Part shown: one piece after another, positions 39,400 to 53,683 of the stretch
Numbering within the stretch: position 1 is the stretch's first letter
Layout: every line of letters starts with the position of its first letter
From: Octopus sinensis
Lineage: Eukaryota
DNA length: 64,000 bases
Direction: 5' to 3'
Assembly: GCF_006345805.1 (NCBI RefSeq)
Contig: NC_042999.1
Span: 115,568,001-115,632,000 of the forward strand
Program-made: the position numbers and the translations under genes
Notes under the pieces: generated by a model
The model's input: the letters and a program-made list of their open reading frames with translations, nothing else
Database searches by the model: none
Told to the model about the DNA's origin: nothing

Positions 39400-42076
39400 C
39401 CAAGGAGGTTTATCAAATACTAGTCAACTGATGTTGAAAACAAATATCGAGAAAAGATAGAAAATAAAAGAAATGATCTGTCATTCCTTAACGAAATTAG
39501 TAACCAAACAACATTGCTAAACAACAAGAAATAAAAGAAAAATACTACAGAAATATAAAATAACAAAACAAGATGTTCCTGAGACGAAAATACACCTAAA
39601 GCAAAATATCCTCACTAAAGCGCAAAGAATTAGCCGCTATCAAAAACGCCAACGATTCTTTGAAGAAAACAAATAATTTAACTCCAATCTCAAATAAATC
39701 TACCAAGAACACGGAAAAAAATAGAGATGAATGCAGTAGATGTAGAAGAATTTTGGGAAGAAGTATGAGCGGCAAGGGAATTACTACAGAAAAGATTCAT
39801 TGAAATTAAAAACACAGAACCTGAACAACTTTGGACACTCATAACAAAAGAAGAGGTAACCCGGGTATTGCAAACGCCAAACAATTGGAAGGCACCAGGA
39901 CACGACAGGGTTCCCAACTTCGGTTAAAATATTTAGCAGGGACTCATAAAATGCTGGCAGAGAAGCTCATTGAGATGCAGACGGAGTCAGAGACACCATC
40001 TGAATGGCTCACAGTAGGAAAAACCTTCTTAATTATCGAATCAACCAAAATTACGAACACACAAAATTACAGACCCATGACATGTCTTCCTACAACTTAG
40101 AAAGTTTTAACTGCAATAATATTGTAGAGAATGGGTAAACATCCAGAAAACAGCCTATTCCCAGAAGAGCAGAAGGGATACCGTTAAAATTTATATGTCT
40201 ATAAAGATCAGTTGTGATAAAGAAAGCCAAAACTGAAGACAGATGAAAAGAAAGAAGGGCTTGAATCAACCACCAGAATGCTTATGACAATATCCTCTAC
40301 CCCCATAAGGACTCAAGTAACATTATCCATGAGCAACGTAACACCAACTATAATAGAGTACATAAAATATGTGATGAGTAAATGGCAACGAGTTCTGCAG
40401 CTACAGACAAAAGAGAGAATTATAAAAACTAAAGCATCCTCATTAGAAGAGAAATATTCATGGAGGTTTGCTCTCTGCACTCCTATTCTGCTTGCCACTG
40501 ATACCTTTAACCTACATGCTAAATAAAACTGGATGTAGATACACCAGCTATGGTAAAAACTGTCAGCCATCTCTTGTAGATGGATGATCTTAAGCTGTAT
40601 GCTGCAAATGACAAACAACTAGAAACATTACCACAGACTGCATAGATTTACTGAAGAAATAAACATGAAATTCGGCCTAGGAAATTCTGCTAAAGCAACC
40701 TTGAGAAGAGAAAAACTAATTAAGAGTAATAATATCATATTAGATAAGGAAAATAAAATAAGAGAACCAGATCAAACCCAGACCGACAAATACTTAGGAA
40801 TAAATGATACGGTACAACATACACGTTGAAAGAAAAGGTAAAGAAGTAATATTACAGAGGAATTAGATTAATACTTAAAACAGAGCTCAATGCGAGAAAT
40901 GAGATTATAGGCATCAATACTCGTGCTGAACCAGATATTAGCTACAGTTACAATATTCTTAACTAGACAATAAATGAACTAATCAAACTAGACAGGAAAC
41001 CTGGGATTTAGAATACACCACCCAAAATCTGACAAAGAAAGGTTATGTATGCAGCGAATTGAACGTGGTAGAGGCCTTATACAACTACTACTGTAAAATA
41101 TCCACCATAGGACTACAGAAATATCCACATGAGAATCAAGGAAAACTGATGCAAAAAGCTACAAAGCATGAACAAAAAAAAATCTGCCATCAAGGAAGCC
41201 GAAAACTAGAAGGAAGAGGTTATAATACCAGACAACTGTGAAGAAAAAGAAGCAACATCGAAAGCTGTAAAGCAACTAAAATCTAAGCTTAAACCAGAAC
41301 TAAAAAATACCATGATAAAACGATGGTAAGAAAAGGCTTCACATAACAAATACTGGGATAAGCTAAACATAATAGAAATCGACAAAATAAAATATTGATG
41401 TTTGTTGAGAAGTTCGGGTCTCGAAGCAGAGACCGAAGAATTCTTAATTGTGATACAAGATTAAAGACTCCCTCACCAGAAATCACCAGAAGCATCTAAT
41501 GACGCAAAGTGCAATAAGTAACTGCAGAATATGTGGTAGTGAGGAAGAAACAATAAATCATACTGTCTCTAGTTGCCCAGTTATGGTCAAAAAGGAATAC
41601 ATCCACAAACATGATAGAGTTGGGACTTATATACAGTGGGCGCTGTGCCGGCACTACGGATTGACAACAGAAAAAGATGCTATAGGCATACCCCAGCAAA
41701 GTATGACGAAGCAGCCATACTTTGGGGTATAACAATACATAGATGCAGAGAGAGCAAGGCTAATAGGTGGACCTAATCGACATGTCGGTCCCAACAGATG
41801 ACAATGTATCTCTAAAAGACAGAGAAGCTCTCGAAATACAAAGATCTAGGAATATAGATGAACCTACTGTGGGGTTTGAAGAGAGAAATAATCCCTATAA
41901 AAATAGATGCATTAAGTATGGTTCAAAAGCATACAGACCAAAACATTAGGACACATCCGACGTAGGCACTTTCAATACAGCAAAAATAACAACACTAAAA
42001 CCACTGCACATACCAAAGGCACACAAAACTGCGCTCGATAGTGCAGTTGAAGCGCGCAATAGAATATAACAACTGA

Positions 42077-42077
<1 letters not shown>
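39400..42077 (+). mobile_element. R4/Dong non-LTR retrotransposon D1 (old, RT to 3' end)
   Basis: NWKAPGHD, NYRPMTCLPT, MDDLKLYAANDKQL, CRICGSEEETINHTVSSCP zinc knuckle and RLE region; 3' UTR homologous to 61960-62058; ends in (TGA)n. Confidence 0.85.
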
Positions 42078-42124
<47 letters not shown>

Positions 42125-42140
42125 GATGATGATGATGATG

Positions 42141-43409
42141 TGGAATCAAATACCACGACATGCCGGAAAAGACAAAAAGAGAGTACCCGCGGCGAGTGAG
42201 AAAAATATTGGCTTCAAAGCTGAATGCCAGAAACATAATTTCGGCAGTCGCAGTAGTTCGGTATGGCGCTGGAATTCTGAAGTGGACAGAAGAGGAGCTA
42301 AAGGAGATGACAGGAAGTCAAGAGAGTTCCTAACGATGTACGGAGCCCATCATCCATATGCAGACAGTGATCGCCTATATACGGAAAGCAAATGGAGGAA
42401 GGGGACTGATAAGTGTGGAAGACTACGTGCGTATCGAACTCGAGAGCTTAATGAGATACCTAGCCCAAAGTAAAGAAATCTTGCCAGTGATAGTCAGGAA
42501 GGAGAGAATATTGAGAACAGAGAAAAAAGGGAAAGCAAAGGAAGAAGTACAAAAAAGACATGAAGAAGAATTATGCAAGAAGGGACTACACAATCAATTC
42601 CATGTAGCCACAACAGAACTTGCTGGAAAAAATAGATGGGATTGGCTGATGAAAGAAACAACCCTAAAGAAAGAGCTCGAGAGCACTATATTAGCAGCAC
42701 AGGACCAAGCTCTGGCCACAAACTAGAGAGTCAACTTGAGGAATGAGCAAGTGTCTCCCTTGTGCTGCATCTGTAATCGAGTGGATGAAACCATTGTCCA
42801 TATCACGAACGAATACTCTAGACTTGTCCCAAACCACTACAAATTGTAGCGAAACGACCAGGTAGCGAAAGTCCTTCATTGGAGACTGTGTGAAAAGTGG
42901 TGGCTAGAGAGAGGCAAGACGTGGTATGAGCATAGACCGCAGAAAGTGGTAGAGTCGGAGACTAGCAAAACCTTCCGGAATTTCTCAGTCCAAACAGATC
43001 AGGTACTAGAGAGTAACAGGCCGGACCTAGCGGTGGTGGAAAACGTGCACCACATATGCACCGTATAGTTGACGTTGCATGCCCCTTTGACCCACGAATA
43101 GTTTAGAAGAAAGGCGAAAAGATAGATACAACCCTCTTAAGTACGAAATAGTCCGGCTATGGGAACTTAAGAGATGAAGAAAGTGACAATTATTGTTGGG
43201 TTCTTAGGAACAGTATCAGAAGGTATCCAGAAGAATATAAAGAAAATTGGAATAGAGAGCCCAATAGAACTGTTACGAAAGGTTTGCCTCCTTGGTACGG
43301 CTAGAATAATCAGGGAATTATTAGATAGCTGAAAAGAACGAATAGCATGGTACCGTAGACTGCAGGTACTAAACCCGCTACGCATGCAAGACTCCAGAAG
43401 CTTCAACAA

Positions 43410-43410
<1 letters not shown>
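42141..43410 (+). mobile_element. R4/Dong element D2 (distinct lineage, 5'-truncated)
   Basis: DRLY..GGRGLISVED, ILAAQDQALATN, C..C..ETIVHI, NRPDLAVV, IVGFLGTV; ends in (TAA)n 43410-43500. Confidence 0.8.
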
Positions 43411-43500
<90 letters not shown>

Positions 43501-43502
<2 letters not shown>

Positions 43503-44393
43503 TGAAAATTGTTTAATGAAAGAAACATTTAAAGAAGAAATGAACACAAATACATAAACAGCATGGAAGGAGAAAAATATATGGTCAGTTTGCAAGAGAT
43601 GCGAAAGCCAAGGCAGACAGAGAAGACCGGTGGCTATGGATAAGGAGGAGTGACCTGAAGATAGAGACAGAAGCATACATATGCCTAGCTCAAGAACAAG
43701 CGTTAAGGACCAACTATATGAAGTGCAGATCAGACAACACTACCGACAGCGGCAAATGTAGAATGTGTGGTGAGAGGGGTCCAACAGTATGGCACATCGT
43801 AGCAAATACCCGAATTTGGAACAACGCGAATACAAAAGACGAGATGACAATGTAGCAAGAATGATCCGTTGGGAGCTCTGTGGAAATCACGGTCTGCAAA
43901 GAGTAAAGACATGATATGAGCAAACCCCAGGAGTCTCCGAGAATAAGAATTGCAAAATCCTGTGGGATGCAATGATTCAGTATGATCACCTGACCAGACA
44001 TCGGAAACCGGACATAAAGAAAGAACATGCATGATAATCGACATATCATGCCCTGGTGACAACAGGATCAATGAGAAAGAAGGAAAAATAAGCAACTATG
44101 ACGATTTGAAGTGGGAAATACGAAGGTTGTGGTCAATGAGGAAAGTAGACGTGATGCCAATAGTAATTGGCGCACTTGGAAGTATCAGCACGCAACTACC
44201 AGCATGGATGCAAAAGATTGGTGCAAATGTGAAGGTAGAGCACCTACATAAATCAGCATTGCTTGGAACTGCAGGAAATCTTTGCAGGGTTCTTGAAGCA
44301 CGACAAGTAAACAAGTGTCACCTTAGTCTGCTGGATGTGGAGAGCTGACACTTTCCATCATACTCAGCAAAATAAGCTGAGAGTTTTCATCAA
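43501..44393 (+). mobile_element. R4/Dong element D3 (third lineage, 5'-truncated)
   Basis: AQEQALRTNY, CRMCGE..TVWHIV, MIIDISCPGD..EKISNYDDLKWE..PIVIGALG (RLE); ends in (TAA/TGA/TAG)n 44394-44520. Confidence 0.8.
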
Positions 44394-45319
44394 ATAATAA
44401 TGATAATGATGATGATGATGAGGATGATAGTAATAGTAGTAGTAGTAGTAGTAATAATAATAATAATAATAATAATAATATAATAATAATAATAATAATA
44501 ATAATAAAAGCAATAATAATATTTTTTCTTTTTCTTTTTCTTTTCTCTGTTTGGACATACAATCGATCATCTTTAGAAAATTTCCTTTTCTTTTTTTCCT
44601 TTCTCCTTGAATATTCAAAAACGTAAACATCCTTTTTAATACAAGAACAGTACAGTTTTCTTTGGTCGATCATCTTTAGAAAAATTTAAAAACTTTAATA
44701 TTTACAACTTTCTGTGAAACTTTTACCTTTCTTTTCTCCCTGACTACTTGAATATGTAAACACACCTTTTATTGCAACAACAGATTAAACGCATGATAAA
44801 AATTAAGGAGATAAACATCTGCCAATATATACAAATTGCACAATTACGAAAACTGTAAACTACAGCAAAACCTATAAAAAGCAAAGGAAAATTCAAAAAT
44901 CCAAAAATTCAACGATGTAAATATCAGTATATATATATATATATATATTATTTTTTTCAATCAGTAATAAAAAAAAAAAACAGAACAAAATGAATTGGTT
45001 CTTTCCAAGGCCAAGGTAAGCGCTCTCATTGATCGCTTGTAGTATTAAACACATTTGACCTCTGCTGACCGCAAGGGTTTGACGTTCCTTTTGCCTCTTG
45101 ATCGCACAGGAATGCAAAGCCCCATTGTTGATCTCCTTCTCACCATCGACCGAACCTATTTACAGACCCGTGGAATTTGGCGTATTCACCAAGCTGCTTC
45201 TCTTTCTCCTACTATCCCCTCCAACCCTCACATATTTATGATTATCTTAGGTACAAGACAAATGTCGGAGCTAAACAACATTTAATAATTCCACACAGTA
45301 GAAGCAAATATGGTATTTC

Positions 45320-45685
45320 AAGACAGTTGCAATACTAGTGATTGTAGAAGCATTTGGAATGATCAAAAAAGGATCGAAAATTATTTAAGAATGATCCCTG
45401 CATTACCGTCCACGGAGGAAGTGAAAAAGGTTGTCTTAACTGGTACCTCACACATACTGTAAAGAGTATTGTTGCTGTGAATTTTCTTTCTTTTCTGCCC
45501 TTTATTTTCTTTGTTTACTTTTATATTGTTTATTTTCCCATTTTCTCTCTGTCTTTCTTCCCCTTTTCTATCACATAACTTTGTAAATAAACAATGTGGT
45601 GTGTTTATTTTAATGGCCTACAAATGTATACAGTGCGTTTCTCTGCCCTAGGTGTCAGGAAACAGAATTGAAAGATGATAATGAA
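45320..45685 (+). mobile_element. R4/Dong 3' end D4 (fourth lineage)
   Basis: VAILVIVEAFGMIKKG..IPALPSTEEVKKVVLTGTSHIL, then a 3' UTR, then (TAA)n at 45685-45810. Confidence 0.6.
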
Positions 45686-45726
<41 letters not shown>

Positions 45727-45761
45727 TAATAATAGTAATAATAATAATAACAATAATAATA

Positions 45762-45799
<38 letters not shown>

Positions 45800-46156
45800 T
45801 ATTATTATTGTAAAGAAAGGATCGTAAAGAAAGAGGAAGAAAAACAAAAAGATACTTCCTCTTAAAGTTTGAGATAGGAAGAAGTTTGAGCATGAGAACA
45901 GTAAAGGTCGTGTCTTTATAAAATAAAGTAACAGCAAAATACCAAGCTCAATACAAGTAACTAAACTCTTAGCCAAATTTTCGTCCTCGGGGCTATGCTA
46001 GAAGTCAATATTAATTCCAGTATCACTCAAAAACATCTTCACAACTTCAACAGCGGATTTTGTGACAAAACTTAACCCTAAAATATCTGAAAAAGAACCT
46101 TGTTTTGTCGTATTCTGCAATATCTAAAACACACACACACAACACACACACACACA

Positions 46157-46189
<33 letters not shown>

Positions 46190-46302
46190 CACACACACAC
46201 ACACACAACACACACACACACACACACACACACAGTAGTAGATGCCTTTCATGAATAATATCGAATGCTTTGTTCAAAATTAAAGAATTCATTATTACTC
46301 AC

Positions 46303-46351
46303 GTTTTTAGATTATTCTTTCGGTAAGAATGGATTAAATATAAAAAGAGCA
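46303..46351 (-). other. Candidate 49-nt exon (LFLYLIHSYRKNNLK)
   Basis: Acceptor ttttttttccag, donor AAC|gtgagt, one open frame. No homology recognised. Confidence 0.25.
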
Positions 46352-46519
46352 CTGGAAAAAAAATAGAGCAGTCCTTTAAGATAGCCTGTTAGCACTAGTA
46401 CAAATTTATTTATAAATATCTGTCACATTGCTTATCTCTTAAGGCAACCTTTTGTCAAACAGAACTACCAACGGTACCTGTCCATCACTGTTTCAATATG
46501 TGAATGTCATTGTAATATA

Positions 46520-47080
46520 ATCCTTTTTACTAAAGGTTCAGGGCCTGAAATTTTTGGGGAGGGAACTAGTCAATTACATCGACCCCAGTGTTTCACTGAT
46601 ACTTAAATTTATTGAGTCGAAATGATGAACGGTAAAGTCGACTTCGGCGGAATTTGAACTTAGAACGTACAGTCGGGAAAAAATGCTGCTAAGCATTTTT
46701 CCGGCGCAGTAACGAGTCTGCCAGCTCGCTGACTTAATGCCATTGTAATATAATTATTTTTCATAATTATCAAAGTATTTTGAATATAAAATTTATTTTA
46801 AATCGCGTTTAAGTTCTAAATTGAATTTATGTTAATTAACATGTACGTGGAATGACTTTTTTCTACTATAGGCAAAAGGCATGAACATTCAGAGGAGAGA
46901 AAAGTCGATTATATGGGCCCCAGTGCTCAGCAGGTATTTATTTCATCGACTAAAAAAGGATGAGAGGGAAAGTTCTCCTCGTAGGAATTTGAATAATTTG
47001 AACTCAGAACGTAAAACCGGAAGAAATGCTGTTAAGCATTTTGTTTGGAAAGCTAACGATTCTTCTAGCTCATCGCCTTT
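46520..47080 (-). mobile_element. Two SINE family B copies (46520-46738; 46862-47080)
   Basis: aaagtcgacttcggcggaatttgaact and gaataatttgaactcagaacgtaa. Confidence 0.75.
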
Positions 47081-47699
47081 TAGCACATGCATAATAATTG
47101 TGTGAACAATGTGTTCAGAACATGAAATATAGTGCTGTAGCAGCTATTATGTGATGTAATGAATAATAAATAATCATTAATTCAATAATGCAATAAATTT
47201 TATTAGGAAGTAAAATTTCGTAGAATTCCTTGCTATTGGTTTTTATCAATTTATGCATTACTTTTATGAACTACATTTGTAAATTAGTGTATGAAGCCAT
47301 TTAATTCTATTGTAATTACAGGGCTACCGTGATTTGTTTTCCCAAGCTTTAGTGGTCATACAATATGAATCAAAATATTCAAGTGTATGGCAAAGCAGAA
47401 TTCATTGAATTTTAATTTTACTGATTGGCAAAAAATACCCTTAATATAGAATTTCAAATAAATATGCATGATTTCAAATAAAATAGAAAAAAGTTTTATA
47501 TAGATCAAACCAAAACATAGAAGTATTCAGTACTGAAAACACCAAGGGTAAGGGACTCCGCTTAGTTGTGATCTTCGGCATTTAGCTGCATGTTTAATGT
47601 AGTCTCACTCAGCCATACCAATCCCACAGCAAATTTACTGGAGAGCAGTTACGCCGAACTATGCTGTACTGTCAATCTCTGCTTTTGTGCTCCTGTTCA

Positions 47700-48870
47700 G
47701 TGGTACTTGAAAGTCTTAATGATCATTTGACTTGAGAAAAAATTCTTGCTCTTAGATTTGTCAATCTCGTTCACCACACGACAGCTTTTGACATAGCCAC
47801 TAGACAGAGGAAAACAGCTGTGGTACTTTACAAAGGGAATTACGATAGACTCGGTTGATAATCCGCATCGTCCACGCGTGATAACAAATGTTGAACAAGT
47901 TAGTATAATCGAAAACTTAACCAGTACGTAGGGAACGGTCCTGTCGCTTTTTATGCATCTCCTATAGGTTCGATTGACAACACTGCCGTGCCTGTAACGT
48001 ATTTCTCCAATAGACAATGTCTTCTTCCCAATTACTAAATTACTAAAGACGCTTGAAAGTTGTTTATGATCTTAATTTGTCAGTCCTCCAGAACGAAATT
48101 GTGAATTTATCGTCATTAAGCACATCCACCAAGATACTATCGCTCAGGTATCCTTGCTTCTAATGCTTTTTCTCTTTCCATGTGTTTTTATTCTGGCATG
48201 AACTTTAGTACAGGCTTTCAAATCAGTCCTACACACCAATGAAATACCTAGTGTCTGTCATTTACAATATTGAATTATGGCTTTAACTATCAATTGTATT
48301 TTATTCTTATAGAAGAGTTTCATTCCTAAAGTTCTGGCCGACTTCGTATCTCATCGATGGCGAATTGGTAGAGTCGTTACAGCGACATATAGGATGACGT
48401 ATAAATTTTTAATCAACTCTTTCCTCTTTGTGTTTAAATTCCACGAAGTTCAGTTTTGTATTTCAACTTCCGGCGTCTTTAAATAAAGTAGCGAGTTAAG
48501 TATTGATGATAATTCTTCTTTTGCTCACTCCTCTTTCTTTCTCTGTCTGATCATCTCTCTAAATCGTATTCATCTACTTTGCATCGTGGGTGATTGCTCA
48601 CAGCATTTATTCTTCAGAAGTAGTAAAGGTTTTTAAGTAGGGATCTAGCAACCTTTCCTCGCCTCCAAAACTAATAGACTACGTGAACAGTCTAAAGGAC
48701 AGAAATAAAGAAGTAACATCTAGCAGCATGAGAAGGTAGAGTCTTGTCTGTTGCCAATAAATGGATCGAGAAATGTTGAGTGCATGATCCAACGTCGACG
48801 ATGGAATACGAGCAACTAACATTTTGATTAACAAAGTGATACACCATTATATCGGCTTTTGTGATTCTCT
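47700..48870 (-). pseudogene. Heavily decayed LINE-like reverse transcriptase relic
   Basis: STLDHALNISR..LYLLMLLDV and QFAIDE resemble RT domains 3 and 5. Many stops; clade not assignable. Confidence 0.35.
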
Positions 48871-49467
48871 TGTATAATAGTGTCTGATGTTAACTTAAAT
48901 ATTTTTAGTGAAATCTAGAAGAATATTAGAAGTTGTGACGTTCATTTATTTCACACAGACAGTATGGAAAGAGTATAATTAAATGACGCCAACCAGGAAC
49001 TGGAACCGGAACTGGATGATTACCTAAATTTTTACGGAATTCGTTACAACCGTGAAAAATAAAAAAAAGTATTTTCGTGTAATGAGTTCATAGATATTGT
49101 GGGTGAGGGATAAAGTTGACTGAACAGACTGTAGTACATGCCTTGTACTTTCTTTAGGGTTCTTAGAAAAACAAAACCATTTTCACCATTTGACCACAGA
49201 AAATATATACACAGTATTAAACAGTAAAGTATATCTTTGTCCGACACACAACTATTTCTGTCACTTCAGAATTCTTAATCGCAGTGAAATCGATCGTTCT
49301 CCTACTTTGCTCAATACTTGAAGATAAATATTCTCCGAACAAATATTTACAGTAATAGTAAAACAAGAACTTAATTAAACAGCAGTTTATGAAAGTGTTT
49401 TTTTTCAAGATATAGAATCAGTTTTTAGTGTATTTGACTGATAATGCTGTTATATGAAATATAAGTA

Positions 49468-49682
49468 ATATTGGTTTCAAATTTTGGCACAAGGCTTACA
49501 ATTTCAGAGGAGGAGGAGATAAGTCGATTACATCGATCCCAGTGTTCTACTGGTACTTATTTTATCGACCCTGAAAGGATGAAAGGCAAAGTCGATCACG
49601 ACGGCATTTGTACTAAAGAATTTGTCTGAAAAAATGCCGCTAAGCATTTCGTCCGGTAACGATTCTCCCAGCCCGTCGCCTC
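49468..49682 (-). mobile_element. SINE family B
   Basis: atattggtttcaaattttggcacaagg...gaaaggatgaaaggcaaagtcga. Confidence 0.8.
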
Positions 49683-49938
49683 GAAATATAATAATATCGA
49701 TTTCTTGTTCGGATATTGCACTAGAAATTTTGTAGTAGAGTCGAATTGACATCTTTTGCAAGAGTTAACCGCATACAGAGAATTGTCTTTAATTGGTGAT
49801 CAAAACTGATCGTATACTGAGTTTACCAGATATTTACATCATGTCAGCAGCGTCTAGTTACGTATACACAGATATACGTGAATACATACATTTTGCATGC
49901 AAGAATACATACATACATATGTACACACATACATATAT

Positions 49939-49977
<39 letters not shown>

Positions 49978-50130
49978 AAAGATGAGAAGTAATATGTGTA
50001 CGAACGATGAGTAGGCTCATAACCTACAAGATTTAATTCCTGGCTCAGGCTATTTCCCTTTCACAATGCCATGCAGCGGGATTAAAGTGAAAACTCATTA
50101 ATCATGGATATAGAAAGATTTATACCTATA

Positions 50131-52143
50131 CAGTGATACTTCGCAGTACGAGTTTAATTCGTTCCATGACCGAGCTCATTTTATGATTTACTTGTTTTAC
50201 AAACCAATTTTCCCCATGGAAATTAATTATAATATAATTAATCCGTTCCAGCCCCTCAAAACCACACAAAAATCATTTTTATGGGTTTAAAAACGGAAAA
50301 GGTACCGTTACAAGGAAAATGACAATTATAAAAACATAATAAAAGAGCACGCAAAACTGGTTGTATTAATTGAATAACCTTAATGATAGGACGATTTGTG
50401 CGCGAGGAAGACGATGGAGCGTTGAAGAGGAGGGTTACTGTTTGGAAGGAGAACCTCCTTTCATTAATACCTTCAGGGAAACGATTTCTAGCGTTTTCTG
50501 TCTCACTTCACTTAATTTAAGCTTTTTGGACACTTTCTTAACTTTTCACACTTGCACGTCAAGAGAAGTCAACTTTTTCTTGCCTTTCAAATTGTTACGA
50601 AAATGCGCCAGAGTAGTGTCATTAAATAAAGCAGCTGCACAATCTGTAGATACTTTTCAGGAAGATGTTTTTCTACAAATTCAGAAACATACTGCCACTT
50701 TGCCAACACTGCTTTTATGTCACTCGTAGAGATATCCTTCTCCACTACACTGCCCTCCTCTGGGGAACCAAGCTCATCCACCGCATCCAAATGCTGCCGC
50801 TCCTGAAGCTGCAGGAATTCATCTGTTGTTAGCTCCCCTGAGTGTGCCTCAACGAGATCGTTAGTGTCCCCATCATCAATCTCGAAGCCCGTGGACTTGC
50901 CATGAGACACTATCTCCTCTATTACAGGTGTCTCAGACTCAAACCTCTCGAAGTCTTCTTCGGATACGCAGCCAGGCCATAGTTTCCTCCATGCAGAATT
51001 AAGCGTTCTCCTTGTTGCACCCTGCCAAGCCATATAGATGATTTACAAGCAGTAAACAATGTTATAGCGTTCCTTCCAAAACTTACGAAGGGTTAGATTT
51101 GTATTTTCGGTGACTTCAAAGCATCAAACAGGTGTTTGGTGTACAATTTCTTAAAATTAGAAATCATCTGTGGGTCCATGGTCTGCAAGATAGGGTGAAG
51201 GTACAGAACTTTTATGAATTTAAATTCGTCCATGATATCATCCCTCGAGGTTAGGAGGGTGAGCAGGAGCATTGTCAAGGATGAGGAGGCCTCTAGAGAG
51301 GGAGATCATTCCTCAGAAAAATAATTTTTCACTGCTGGGCCGAAGACGAGGTTTACCCACTTGGTGAAGAATTGTCTGGTGACCCAGACCTTAACGTTTC
51401 CATCCACATGACCTTCAGCTTCTCCTTCAGGATTTTCTGTGACTTGAACGCTCGTGGATTTTCGGAATAGAAGATATGGAGCAGCTTAATATTCAAGTCT
51501 CCACTAGCACTGGCACAAAGTGCGAGAGTTAGCCTATCTTTCACAGGCTTGTGGCCCAGCATTTTCTCCTCTTCTGCAGTTATGTAGGTTCTGGGCATTC
51601 TCTCCGCCCTAAAAAGCCACTTTCATCACAATTGAATACCAGTTGTGCGATGTATCCATCAGCTGCGATGAGCTGACGGAATTCACGCACGAAATCCTCA
51701 GCTGCCTTCGTGCCAGAACTCGTTGCTTGTCCATACCTGACGACACCATGAACACCAATTTTTGGCAAAATATGTACCCTTTTACCAAAAGTTAGTGAAA
51801 TATTTAAAATGTTTACAGTTGGATAGATAGACAAATATAACAAAATAATTTGATAAAAAATGTGAATTTTTAATTATTTTCTAAGATTTTACAAAAACAA
51901 CAAAAATATTTTTTAATTTTTTTTTCTAATAAATTGAAATTATCAAACTATCCGCGACTGGCCTTAAATGCGTCTGCTGATGTTCCCTCCGTCGATGTTC
52001 CAGGGTTTTGCTTCAGGAGATACCCATTAAGCGCATGTGTTTTCTCGCAGATGATGGTCTTCGTCATCGTATCGCATGCGAGTTGCCTCTTGTTGATCTA
52101 CAGGAGAAGGAATTTTTCTATCCTTTCGTGGACAGTTTTTTAA
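50131..52143 (-). mobile_element. pogo/Tigger-type transposon relic (CENP-B-like HTH plus DDE_1)
   Basis: TA|cagtgatacttcgcagtacgagtttaattcgttcc terminus; AFKASRG*FDNF, LVFNCDESG, HKPVKDRLTLALCASASG, LQTMDPQMISNFK, IYMAWQG. ~195-bp AT-rich insert at ~51741-51936; other end absent. Confidence 0.85.
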
Positions 52144-52296
52144 ACAGTAGACAATCACACCCCTCTCTAACACCTTGAACTCCATACCAAACTATATTAA
52201 AAAAAACTTCAGAAAAACAAAAAATAAAGCCAAATAAACACAAATCAAACCCCAGACATGTTTTTGACTGTTTTTACTTCAAACTTTTATAAACTT

Positions 52297-52330
52297 TTGA
52301 TAAGATGAGATTCATCACCGAAACCGGTAA
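52297..52330 (+). ncRNA. Degenerate minimal hammerhead-like motif in a probable Penelope 3' end
   Basis: ttgataa-gatg agatt catc-acc-GAAAC-CG-GTA: GAAAC and palindromic ACCGGT are intact, but the CUGAUGA core is mutated. Confidence 0.35.
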
Positions 52331-52539
52331 TATTCTATATTTTCTTTATATGATTTAAAAATCATATTATTAAATTCTTTCTAAATTGAAATGTCTAAGA
52401 TTTACTTTTGTGCTATTTCCACCACCATTTTTTATATATAAAAATTTGATTAGCATAAATTTCTAATCTTTTTTCAACTATATACATACATACATAAATA
52501 CATACATGCATACTTACACACACACACACACACACACAC

Positions 52540-52594
<55 letters not shown>

Positions 52595-52633
52595 CACACC
52601 ACATATATATATACACATACATACACACACACA

Positions 52634-52696
<63 letters not shown>

Positions 52697-53490
52697 ATTG
52701 TTTATAAATGAAAATCATATATGAACTAATATTAAATTATTCCATTAATATTTAATAAACCAAGTCAGTTGTTTTTATTTGATCTACTCCGATCATAAAC
52801 AACCATTAATGACAGAGATGATGTTATGCAAAACTCGGCACAGCTACAGTGTAACCTCATCACGAACAATATTTCACCCCAAAAAACTATTACGAGAATC
52901 TGTCTTACAGTTATTTTCCTCTTCAGAAAAGTAAAGTTGCATTTCACATGTTACTCAGCGATTAAATAATGTTTTCAGTGCGATCTATTTTATAACAGCG
53001 GGTATTATTTTTCAAATATAAAGTATAAGAATATTGAAGACGTTACTTACCGAGTAAAATATCGACTCGTACAGCTAGTTTACTTTAATTATAATGGTTT
53101 AAATACCGAAATATTGAAGATACCACAGAGTATAATTTCTTAGATTTAATGAAATTTCTTACCTTGAATGTCTTCCCTTGCATCGGAATCCCTGAGATAT
53201 TTCAAGGGACTGAAGATGCAACAATTCCTTGTTGGTTTGTACGATTATTATTATAAGATTAAACTTCAAGTAATTCTTGTTTAAATTAAATATTAAGAAA
53301 AATTGTTCAGATCTGTAAATGGATCTGATACAATTTTCAATGCGAGTTTCCTCGAAATGGATGCTTTTGAATTTCTGAATAGATATTATAAAACTTCGCA
53401 ATTGATAACACATTGATTTAGATCAACAAAATATTATAGAAATAATATATTTCTAAATCTCTCAGAGATTTATGCAGTAGCAGCACGATA

Positions 53491-53683
53491 AAGTGATAGT
53501 ATGTTGTCAACTTAATGTGATAGTCCCTCGAAAGGGAAGCATGCTACTGTTATTTATCCCTAACATAAGGACACAGGAAATGTGTCAAGTCCAACAGGAA
53601 ATGGTGTTTCCTAGGGCTAAATAACAGTAGCATTTTTCCCTTTCAAGATACTGTCACATTAAGTTGACAACATACTATCACTT
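53491..53683. mobile_element. 193-bp MITE with ~70-bp TIRs and TA TSD
   Basis: aagtgatagtatgttgtcaacttaatgtga...tcacattaagttgacaacatactatcactt with TA on both sides. Confidence 0.85.

Noticed and set aside
45000-45285. 76-aa ORF MTSADRKGLTFLL... and a gccaag micro-exon-like signal
   Set aside because: Could be a LINE remnant or an exon, but no diagnostic motif; not assignable.
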